Assembly (NCBI RefSeq): GCF_000002075.1
Contig: NW_004797486.1
Location: forward strand, 929,806-993,805
Source: Aplysia californica
Lineage: Eukaryota
Length of the DNA: 64,000 nucleotides
Reading direction: 5' to 3'
Within the stretch, counting starts at the first letter, position 1. Every line of letters starts with the position of its first letter. The position numbers and the translations under genes were made by a program. Positions 21,201 to 33,154 of the stretch are shown here, piece by piece. The notes beneath the pieces are model-generated. The model ran no database searches and had not been told where the DNA came from. It worked only from the letters and a program-made list of their open reading frames with translations.

Positions 21201-24200
21201 GATGCTTCACTTTCTACTAACATTTCTTCGCCGCAACAAACAGCCCAATTTTTGTCGAGCAGTAATCTAAACCAAAAAGACAACTGCAGTGCTGATTCCA
21301 GGTCTACTTTGGATACTATATCAAACACCCGAATGGAATTGGTTGACGAAGTAGAAATCACAGGAAAACTAATTCCTGACAGCAAACAGACCGAAGGCTG
21401 GGGATATTCACAAACCTCTTCAAAAACTGCCACGACACACACTTTATCTGAAGCAGGGTTGGACGAGAAAAGTAATGAGGTTCATACTAGAACACCTTTC
21501 AATAACTCTAAAGAAGAATATGAAATTGGGTTATCGGTTCCCAAACATTATGGATGGTGGCAACACAAGAAAGACGACAAACATTCCAAAGGTTTTATGC
21601 ACCAGGAACATGAACAATATGTATATCCAAATATAGGTGGTCATAATAAGATCTCTAATGACGGTGCCTCTATCACTAACTTCGAAGAACATCGCTCAGA
21701 GATAAAAAAGAGTGAGCAAATATTCGATCAGCGAGCAGGGCATGGGGATGGTTGTACTAGTGCCCATTCTAGCGTTGCAGAAGTGGTGAAATCACCAGGA
21801 AATACATCCTTACTTTCATTTCCGAGTGAACGCTTCAACCATGTCTTCAACACAAGGAATGAGAAAAATCTTGCGAAAGCGCAGTTCAAAGAACAAAAAT
21901 CTTTGTATAACATACACGATTCGGGTACGAAGATGACACGGGTGCAACATGAAAGTGATGACCCTGGTTTGTATGCAAACCAAAAACTGTCATTCGGTGG
22001 TACGATTGGAGGGGAGTACGATCCAGTGTCATCAGAAGTGCTGTTGCCAAAATGTCGCCGCGGTACTGAAGAAGGTGATTCTTTCATCAATTCTCCCGTG
22101 AAACCGGAGCTCTCTTATCAAGATTCGAGTCAAAGACAAAAGGATGTCAGCTCGTCAGGACCACTTGAGCCTCGCTCTGAATCTTCAAATGTATCGACCT
22201 CTTCCCATTTACAAGACGGTTCTCAACCGTTTAAGGACAACTCAACAAGTAACAGAAACACACATCCTGTTCCTGAATATGCCCAGTCATTACTTGGCCT
22301 AAACAAATTAACTCGAAATTGGCTACCCAGTAATACCCAGGAAAGCGGACCTCAGAATGTCTTAACTGGCAAATATACTCACTCATTTGGAGAATCTGGT
22401 CCTTCCAAAATGGTTCCCCCAAAAAGCGATAATGGAAGGGGGAAAATTCTGGATTCCATTGTGAACTCTCTGCATTCTAACCAGAGACCGTCAAATGAAC
22501 AAACTGTAAACAGTCGTTTGTCGAATTCTTGTGACACTAGGACGGCTAAAAGAACTTGCACCGATGATCAAGACTTCAACAGAAAATGGCAAAGGGTTCC
22601 CCAAGCCCTTTCATACTTAGATACTCAAGTTGAAACGAATCCTGAAAATCTGAGTGGAAAACAAAGCTCTAAGCAAAGTGACCAAGCTGACAGTGAGCTA
22701 ACAACATCCTCGATACTTGCCACAATACCCCCAGGATTTTACGTGGATAATTACCAGTCTATTCGTGCCGCTGGCTCCGAATTCCCCAAAGGAGATGGAT
22801 CGAACAATACCCGGAAGGTAAGTGATCGTTTTAAGACTGGTGAGGACGATTGTTCTCTAATGAATTCACAAGGAGATCAGGGACACTTCTCATTGGGAAA
22901 AAGACCGGTTAGGAAGAATTCGTGTCGACAAATATCAGAACCATACAATGTTACAAATATAAATAAAATGAATAATCACCTGGTCTTACCTGATACTCGT
23001 AAAGAAGCACATACCATAAACAGGCAATCAAGGCATAAACAGAGCGGCTTTTATCTGGAGAAAATGGAAGGGCCCCAAACAAAGAAGGGCCGTGTGGACA
23101 AGACAATCGTAAAGCTTTTAAATATCGAAGAAGTCTTATATCAGGCGGAAATGGAATTTCTCCAAGTGAAGAAACGTCATTTGGAAGAGGTAATAGCTAA
23201 AATAAGGAATGCCAACAGAAGCTCAAGTCAGATAAAAGAGGAATTGCTTCGCCAGCACACACACCTGGACGAGAAAACAAGTCAGTTCTATCTAAAAAAT
23301 ACTGTGAAACGCACTGCTGCTCATACTGGTCAAGAGGCAAAGGAGTTTATAAACAGCGATGGCAGTAAGAAAGCGGGCCTCCAGGACCTAGAAAACTTGT
23401 TGCGTATTGAGGGAACACATCGTGAGGAGACTACATTTCAAAAAAATATAAAAGATAAACACTTTGATCCGTGCGCTCTCATTAGGCTCCAGTCAAAGAG
23501 GCTGCCGGTGCAGGGGCAAAGCTCAGTTCAAGCAACCGAAGTTTCTACAGCAGGAAAAAGACTGCTTGCACCTTCGATAAACGTACATACTTCACAAAAG
23601 GAAAGAGACCATGGTGAAACTGATTGCTTTGGCCACAAACGTGCAAAGACGGAGGACCAAGTCGATAAGCGAAACATAAAAGAAATTAATGAGGAGTTTG
23701 AACTTACAGGCTGGTCACCGAGGTCAACAGAGCTACAGTTGAGGAACAGGCAGTTGATCAGTTTCCAGGCACCGGCAGAGTTGGTAACTACTCATGGAGA
23801 ATATGTCCCTACTCTGAACGTTGTGGGGAACTCTGAACAAAACAGTGATAGGGCAAGACGGTCGGTTGAGCAAAATATAAGCACACGAAACATAAACAAG
23901 GATTCAGATTCGAACTCAAAGCTCGAGAAGGCGAAAAAGAATCGGAAACCAACCGACTTTTATCAGTGTGAAAGGATTCTCCAAAAAGCGAAGAAAACAA
24001 ATTCATCAGCCAAATCAGCCAAAAAAATTGCCGAGAATTCTTTAAAGTTGTCGAAGAGCATTGTTTCTAGGAAGAAAGACCCACATGGATACAGAAGGCT
24101 TGCTGGTACCGGTAACTTACATTCGACAAAAAATCCAAAGAATAGACCAGTGGGTTCCCCTATGAAGATATATGATATCAATCCAATACGGAGGACTTTC

Positions 24201-27200
24201 GGAGACGACTATTTTGACGACGTTCCTGTAGTAGGAAAATACTCATCTGGAAGTGGCAGAGATAAGTGTAGACGAACTGCGGAGGCAAGTGGCGAAAGAG
24301 TTGAGCTTTCTACAAAACTCTACCACCCATGTTCAAGTTTTCAAAAGGCATTACGCCAAACGCGGAAAAAAGACAACGCTGTTTCTTTGACACCAGTGGC
24401 ATCAAGGAAACACGACACTGTACCTTTGCTTCATAGGACCCCGTCTAAACCCAATCAATCATTGTCAAAAAGTTCGAAAAGAAATCGAATTGAATCAAAG
24501 TGTTCAAAGAATATAAACAAACGAATTGATGGATGTTCAAAGTTCAAAACTCGTCTTCCAAGTCTCACACACGGTTCTAGAATCAAAAACCTTGAAAACT
24601 ATGCCTATGCACGAGAATTAAGCTTGATTGAGAGGAAAGGTGATAAGATCAAGCCTGCCCTTTCCTCGAGTAAGCAGGTACAGCACCCGTCACCCAAACA
24701 TGTATGCGCTTCTGGAACTGAGAATACAAGTGAATTTGAAAGACACGTAAACAAAGTGAAGAGACGCTCTGTAACTTTGAAGCGAATTTGTTTCAAAACA
24801 AAAGACAAAACCACAACGTTTTCTGACACAACAGCACAGCGAGGACGACCCCACTTGGCAAAGTTCAAAACGAAAGACTATTCTCCAGCAGCGCTGCCTA
24901 ACACAACACCCATGCCTGTGTCCGCTGGAGTGAGCACAAGCACGACAATAGCCTCTACAGTTCTAAGTAGTAAAATGGCAAAATCAACGGACTCGACAAT
25001 GAAATCACTCACCTCGAAAAGTAAAGCAAAGCATCGACAGTGCTCAAAGTCAAGCCCAAAAGCTGATTCTCCAATAATACAAGTGCTTCCACGAAGGAGT
25101 GTTAACAAAGCAAGAACCTTTAGCGTTTCAAAAAGTCCCATGAAACGATCACCAATACCACAAAGCAGATCGAAACAATCCATAGCTAAAGACGGGTTTA
25201 TTTCTCCTCTATTAAGCCCACCGATACATGTGCCTCCCCTAGCGAATTCAAGCTTGGTCAGCTCCCTTCAATCCCCAAAGAAGACATCAGGAAACATTAC
25301 TATCAAATCTTGTGCCACTTATACTTCAACAAAGCACCTGTCAGTAACTTCCAAGGCAATGCGCCAGTCTACTCCAACTAATCGTCTGACAATTAAGTCA
25401 AAGGCAAAGCGCCACTCTCTTGAAACGATCAGGAGTGTATCTCCGCAGATGACGACAAACAGAACCGAGAGATATATTCCGAATAAAAAGAGAAAAGAGT
25501 CAGAAGTCATGAAACAAACGCTGGAAAAACGAGGAATATCAATACAATCGACAGAAAACGATGAGTTTTTGGCAATGCATTCTAGCATGGCCAAACCTGT
25601 GCTTACACAAGTGAATACACATATGACTAGGTGCCCTCATAATATTCCAAAGATAATGAGGACAAAATCAGGAGACATGCCAGTCGAGTGTAAACAGAAG
25701 CTAACCCGTATACATTTTCTAAAGAGACACACAACGGGGCATCATCCCAAAGCAAAACAACAGAGGGTAACCAGAACTGCACCGTACCAACTAGGTTCAA
25801 GCAGCATTAACTCTTCTCACACCCAAAAAGAAAAGACAACGAGACCAGTGTTTTCGACGAAAACTTCAAGAGAACAAAATATGAAGTCCTCAAAGAAGCC
25901 CATTGCTCTTGTAATGCAGGCGAGCCAGTCTAAACGTGGGTCTAAGGGAGAAGTCTTGATCAAATTTACTGAGCCACCCACAGTTCAAACGACATCGGTC
26001 CAGGCGGAAACGTCGCTTTCTGGAGATGACCTGCAAAGAAAACAAAACCAATCAAGAGAAAAGGAAGGAAGACATGATCTGCCAGCGATGAACTTAAGTG
26101 TTTCCAAGGCCGTGTTCTCATCAATGAGTAGAATCTCGCCGGCGACAAGTAATCGTTATGAGAAGACCAACTGGTTTGGAACAAAGCCAGTTGTCATCTC
26201 CAATGAGGCTGACGACAAGAATCTGAATAGAAAATCTACGCCATCTCTGCCTGGTTCACGGAGACAAAAGCCGCTTATAGAAACATTAATAACGAAATCT
26301 CCGTCCTGTTCTGAAAACTTGAGTAACAGTTCTGTATGCCAGGTTCGGCAAACAGCAGGGGCTCTTGGTGATAACAAAATAAGTAATCCAAAACATACAC
26401 CTTGTGCAGCAAGCACAAGTTACACTGCGCTTGTCCCACACAGTGACACATCATTGGGAAAGTCGAACCTCGAGTCTGCAAAGGGAATACACGTAAACCA
26501 AATCAAAGCAAATCTGTGTAGGAGCAAAACCCGTAACGTCAACACAACCCGAGGTAAAGACAGCGGAGGCCGAGTTTCAAAGTATTCCGGCCTGAAACCT
26601 TCGTCTGCACAAAGAACTAATCTTCAATTGTATAAAGATTCCATAAGCTTATTGCCAGATGCGTTAAATAGTCTGAAAAAGAATTCTACTGTGTCTAGCG
26701 GACTTTCTTCATCGACGACATCAGAAGCGTCATTGCAAACTATATCAAATAGAAACCGAAACAATAAAGTGAGCTCCCACAGCATTAGAAGGAATTTTTC
26801 ACCTGGACAAAAAGGTAGCGAATATCAATTTACAACTCCAGCTACAGGGAATATTGACGAAAGCACAGAATCAAACTATAATGTAAAGCAAGCGCTAACT
26901 CCAAATTCTACACGAGAGACTCTAATAATTACACCCATAAACAAGGTTCAAATGGCGAGTTCTGTATCAACAAAAAAACAAGATCCAAGAGAATTCTCTA
27001 AGTTTTATAATCAGAAACGTGTTGAAAAACGGCAAGGGTCTTTGCAAAAATCATCTGCAAATGAACTAAGCCAAATGCCACTTCAAAGTGCGATAACTGT
27101 TGCTGTAGAACCAACGTCCAGGCCATTAACTGATGGTTTGCCGTCGGTACCCTTCCAAACGACAGAAACCGTAGTGGTCACATCATCGCCTCTACAGTGG

Positions 27201-28742
27201 CCCCCGCCAGCACCAGACCCAGCACATATCGCTATCAAGTCAGCTGAGAGAGTCAATCCACAAACGCTCGGGCCGGCACGAGGAGTTTTCCCAAAGACTG
27301 CGCCAAAAGCCTCTAGAATAACACCATGTATATCGTCCTTGGCTACACCTCTCTTTATACAGCCCCGGGCCTCTAATCTTCCATGCATTTCTAAAACCCT
27401 TATGTCAGGGCCATATCCCACAAAACTCCAACACGTTCCCTTACCTCAAAACTCGCCACTATTCCAATCGTTCCCACAATGTGGCCACCCACAGCAAACC
27501 GCCTTGCCTTCCGAATCAAGAACCCAGTCCTCACTGCCACAGAACTACTTAACATGTCAACTGATGCCACAAAGCTCAGCGTTGTCGCTTTTCACGCCTG
27601 CGACACTGTCAACTCAGAATCGAATGGGAGCGTGGTCCGTAAAAAGAGGTCTTTTACCTGATCCTGTAACCCCCATACGGCAAACAGTGCCAGAACTGTC
27701 GTATCTGTCAGAACTACCACCATTGTGTACGCAATCCCAATCGTTGATGACGCATTTCCCGCCTACCTCGCAATCAGGATCATTCCATGCTCAGCTAGCG
27801 CCAGTTTTATCAAGTTCAACCGTGCCAACACAACAAGCACTGCCTACAGCATCATTCCCATCACCACCACCTCCACCACCATCATTACCACCACCACCAC
27901 CCCCACNNNNNNNNNNNNNNNNNNNNNNNNNNNNNNNNNNNNNNNNNNNNNNNNNNNNNNNNNNNNNNNNNNNNNNNNNNNNNNNNNNNNNNNNNNNNNN
28001 NNNNNNNNNNNNNNNNNNNNNNNNNNNNNNNNNNNNNNNNNNNNNNNNNNNNNNNNNNNNNNNNNNNNNNNNNNNNNNNNNNNNNNNNNNNNNNNNNNNN
28101 NNNNNNNNNNNNNNNNNNNNNNNNNNNNNNNNNNNNNNNNNNNNNNNNNNNNNNNNNNNNNNNNNNNNNNNNNNNNNNNNNNNNNNNNNNNNNNNNNNNN
28201 NNNNNNNNNNNNNNNNNNNNNNNNNNNNNNNNNNNNNNNNNNNNNNNNNNNNNNNNNNNNNNNNNNNNNNNNNNNNNNNNNNNNNNNNNNNNNNNNNNNN
28301 NNNNNNNNNNNNNNNNNNNNNNNNNNNNNNNNNNNNNNNNNNNNNGCCACCACCACCACCTCCACCCCCATCCCCATCATTACCACCACCTCCACTTCCC
28401 ACATCGCCGCCACCCCCACCACCTCCACCACCTCCATCTCTACCAGCCTCACCATCGTATTCACGGTCATCATCACCATCCCCACAACCATTCTCACCAC
28501 CACCACCGCTCGCACAACCATATTCACCATCATCACCACCGCTCGCACAACCATATTCACCATCATCACCACCGCTAGCACAACCATATTCACCCTCATC
28601 ACCACCGCTATCCTCACCTTTATCACCACCGCCGTCGCCACTATCACCGCCACCACTATCACCGCCACCACTATCACCGCCACCACGTAAGCGTTCACGG
28701 ACAGCTTATCACAAAGTCGTATATACAACTTTCCCCCGCTAA
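18298..28742 (+). CDS. Giant exon encoding ~3,480-aa predicted intrinsically disordered protein (poly-Q, S/T/N-rich, basic, poly-Pro)
   Basis: Uninterrupted frame >10 kb (one N-gap inside the poly-Pro tract); frame is open upstream of the listed TTG back to a polypyrimidine acceptor tttttcgtttcag at 18297; AATAAA at 29522 and 29541. No domain recognised. Confidence 0.85.
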
Positions 28743-29521
28743 GCCATTCTTTCAGAGAACCATGTTCCGAGGAGAGAAACGGCAATGTCTCGAACTTCAT
28801 CCTACACCACACTCGTCTGCAGTGGTACAACGACACAAAGCGCTCGACCCACATGTTGCAACAGCACCAGCATTTATTCCACTTCGCTAGACATGTTACG
28901 ATTCAACGTACCAGCCCTCTGTCACAACAGCAGCAACATTTCCAACCAGTTTGACACGTTTTCAATCGACGTTCCAGCCGTGTTTTATACGACAACGTCA
29001 CCCCGTCAAGTCATTTGGAACACCAGAGCCAATATTTCCGATCAGATTCAGAGCCACATCTTTGGTGCACTCAACGCCAATGTCATTATCTGTTCAGGTG
29101 CGACCAACACCATCCACAATCTGAAGAAAGAACGCCACCTCACGATTTGAAACAACGGTCATTACCGTTCATGTAAATTGTTATTTCCGCACAGTCTGTT
29201 CCTACACATGTTGAGCCATTGACGCAACCACTGGACACAACGCTGGGCCCTTGTATAGTGGAACCATCCTCATAACTAAATTGTCGAAACAACAATTCTT
29301 GTCATTAGGTTAGGCTAACTGAAAAGCCCAAAAAAAAATCCTTATTGTAACTGGAATCATCACTGTAGGCTTACATGTAATTCCTAGCACTTGGCGTTTG
29401 CCCTCTGCAGTCCCTTTGACAGCCATAAGATCAACGCTGTTTAAAATTAACTATTCTGCATCCATGAAAGTAATTGTTTCGAAACACCGTCCCCATGGGA
29501 ATAAGAATAAGTGAATTAAAA

Positions 29522-29546
29522 AATAAAGTTCTGTCTTCGGAATAAA
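29522..29546 (+). terminator. Tandem AATAAA polyadenylation signals for the giant-exon gene
   Basis: aataaagttctgtcttcggaataaagttttttt downstream of the ORF. Confidence 0.5.
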
Positions 29547-31463
29547 GTTTTTTTAAATTTTAAGTTAAAGAGCCATCAACCCACACCACTCACTAAACTC
29601 AGTGCCTAAACCGTTTTCCTTTTCACTCTTCAGATGATCTGAGAGAGAATACCCAAGCTTCTTTAGTGGCAACGTGGAGCAGCACTCAACAGATATTGTG
29701 CCATGAGGAGGTGGCAGTCTGACGTCATAAAAAAGCACAGCACTGACAAAATTAAGACATTTAAGGAAAAAACAACTTCTCGGAGAGTTGATCCAGTGGA
29801 CTTTCTCTTGCTACTGGGGAATAATGTCTGTCCCAGAACTTGGGTGGTTTGTACATGTTCTGGCATGACTTTTTTCTTTTCTTCTTCCTCTTTTTTTTGT
29901 TTGTTTGAAAGTGCTCCCTCCTTTCAAAATGTGACTGTAGTCATTGTCAAAACATCAAATTTCCAGAGCATACCAAAGACTTTAGAGTGACATCAAAACT
30001 ACAAATACAGAAATGTGGCGGTGGAAAGGGGAAAACATCGGGAACCGTATGAAATGAAACGTATAAAACAATCCACATTCCCTCCCCTCTCTCCTGTCAG
30101 GCATGCAGTATGCAGGCAAGCCCGCACACAGTAGCCCCCATAAAAAGCATTTCTCATGTATTAGATTAAAGAAGAATACCGCCTAGGCAATTAATTCTCC
30201 TATCATACCCTGCCTCCTCTTCCATTTCATCTTTATTTGAGTAGAGACATTTAGAACATTGGTAGGAAACCTGAGTCAAGACTGGGAAAGGTTCATTGTA
30301 GCCCTTAGCAAAAGGGGATAAAAATGTGTTACTTTAGTCTCTGAAATCATCTTATTTGTTGGATACCACTTTGAATCGTAACTAAATTTGAGTACATAAA
30401 TGTACCATCTTTGCGTGTAATTAAGTGTAAGCGTGAGGAGCTTGAAAGGGTAAGCGTTTGCAAGCACTTTTTTTCAATCACAAAAGTTTACTCTCTTGCA
30501 TTTTATACTTTTATGTTGTCTTTCTTGACAATGTCAATGATTTGTGTCGTTTTTCTCTTGCTTTCTAATTTTAAAAAACGTTGTACATTAATATATTATT
30601 TTCACTTTTTAAAAGGACAAACAATTCTAAAGAATTTGACGTTAAACTTTTTAACAATTACATGTAAAAGTATAAACATGACATTAATGCTTTACACATC
30701 TTACATAATAATATGAAATAGAAAGGGAGATTTTTCAAATTCCTTCAAATTCAGAATATTAATAATATTTTTATGAAAAATGATTAAATTTTCTGGAACT
30801 GAGATTCTAGGCCTTCAAATTCAAAGTTTTACTTATTGGCATCATGATGTACGAGCTTACTTCTCGCATTCATTGGGTATTGCTGTCCTTTGTGTAAATA
30901 CTACAAATAGTGTGTATTAAAACATTAGTAAAGGAATTCCTCGGAGAGATATAAAATGCAATAGAATTCAATTACTCGTACAATATATTTCGCTCAGTGG
31001 TATTAATTCATTTTTAGTGTTGCGTTGCAAAACATGTATTTATGAGAATAATGAATGATTAAAAAAGTATTGTCAATACAATTTTTAAGAACACGTTTTT
31101 TTAACGGATTTTCTCAATTTCCCCCAATTGTTTAAAAATAAATAAAATGTGTACCCAAAAAAATTGATCTATGGTAACCAACACATTACTGTGTAAGCTG
31201 TTGTAGGCCAAACAACTCATGGCTGCGTACTCAGTGTTTTTGATCCCCTTTCCAAATACGCCAATTCTAGTTACACTGGTTTTTTTTTACTTGTTTCCTT
31301 TCCATCAGAGGACTTTCATGACTACCAGCATCTGTGGTTACGACTACTAGTGTCTGTGGTGTAATGTTTGTGCTCTTTGTTATTACAAACACAAGATATG
31401 CGTTCGACTTCCCTGGTGAAGTACATGTATTATTAAGTCTCTCCGGCTGTCTGCTGTATTTTA

Positions 31464-31637
31464 CTGTGGCTTTATGCACCCCCACATAATTTAGCAAAAT
31501 TTTATCATTTTTGCATAATTTCTATTTTCCTTTATCATTCTTTGTTAAAATTAACAGAATCGCATAATTTCACATTATTTGGGCTCAGTTTGCATAATTT
31601 CATAATTGTTTTTGTGTGCATAAAACCACGGGGACAG
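31464..31637. mobile_element. MITE family M1 (left end eroded)
   Basis: Same internal sequence; right TIR gtgcataaaaccacggggacag. Confidence 0.8.
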
Positions 31638-33154
31638 ATCTCACTGTGCCCTTGAAGGCAGGGTTGAAGCAGCCAATTTACACTGTGTCAATGGGGTTCT
31701 AAAACATAATTATTTTGTTACATTCACATGACTTCACAAAGTCTTCTGGCTAATACATTTTACACCACCTGTCTTCCTGGGGTCTCAAGCATGGCAGCCT
31801 GTTTGTTTGGCATCCAGATGCTATCATTGACTAATTTCTGTCCCTGGTGACAGCAGGGAAGTAAGTTGAAATACCAATTCGGACATGGTTAGTGACGAAA
31901 TCCATGATCTTAAGATCGTGATTTATTTTAGTTTCTGAGGATTTGTCCTCTTGCATGCCCCGAAATCATGCGGAGAAGGGAGACGATCCTCTAAAAATAT
32001 CATGTTTTTAAAAAAAATTCATTAATCTTTTATTTTTTAAAAACAAAATGATCAGGAAAAAATGCAAATGTTAGGAAAAGAATATTGTTTGCAATGGGCC
32101 AGTTTCTGTGGTGGTACAGTATGGGCAAGTCATTTGTTTCTCCCATTATAGTTGTAACTATCAGGTTTTCACTCGTTACCCATCTATTTCATCAAATCAA
32201 AAGATAGCCAGTCCCTCTAGTGACTTAAAAATTCGTTGGCGGAGTGATGAAATCCCGTAACCCGCAATATTTTCGAAATTCGTTATTTTGTGGTTTACTG
32301 TCTTCTCCCACATTGTGTCAAAAGCAGAAGATTAAATTAGAAAGAGAAATTATGAAAGAAAAACTTACTATTGTGAACCGGCTTAATTGAAGCTCATAAC
32401 TGACATTGTCTGGTGCATTTACCTCGTATATACCTGATTGAATAAAGAAATATTTCATTCATTCATTCTTTTATTCATTCACTTTATATCAGTCAGTTCA
32501 GAAATGCAAATATGGTCATAAGTGAAGGAATTACATTATGTTAATCTATTTGAAATCCTGTTATAGGGATGACTATCGCGTTGGTAAACAAGATGTTCTC
32601 ATCAAGCACAAAGTTAACTCATAATTTAAGGCGACAGTCATACTGAACTTGAAATGACAGGTGACAATAGTCCTTACTATTAACTAAGTCTAGGTGACAA
32701 GAACAATGCACTCTCCAGATGTCAACATGCCTTTTTTTTTTTAAATCAAAGAGTGGATACGGTTTCATACCTTCTCGGACTATGAATCCGCTGAGTAGTC
32801 GAATCCTCCAGTTGTGGTTGAGACCAAACTGAACTTAACCATGTACTTGATGACCCTGAAGTCTTTAGAGGACATTGTGACAAATTTGCGCCCCAACAAC
32901 ACAAGTAATACGGACATTTTAATTTCCGTCTGATTTGAATATTTCCTTCCAACTGTGCTTATCACCTAGATCTTTACACCCTCCAAGGGCTGGTTTGGAA
33001 ACCACTGGGCAGACCACGTTCCACGAATTGACCCCAGCCACCATGTTGCAATCCTTTCCAGGGCTGTCCCTGAGTGATAATAATATGTGGGGTCAAGGAA
33101 GTATCAGCATCATCCCAGACTGAAGGCTCAATCCGAGTGGATCCGGGCGTTTCT

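Noticed and set aside
27725-28854. Thr/Ile-rich and Val/Met-rich overlapping ORFs
   Set aside because: Alternative-frame shadows of the poly-Pro repeat spanning an N-gap.
29663-31497. Minus-strand gene from ORFs 29663-29866 and 31267-31497
   Set aside because: No consistent splice phase or recognisable protein; the strong splice signals here are on the plus strand.
32746-33130. Protein-coding exon
   Set aside because: Looks like a heavily decayed CR1/L2-type LINE 3' remnant; too degraded to call.
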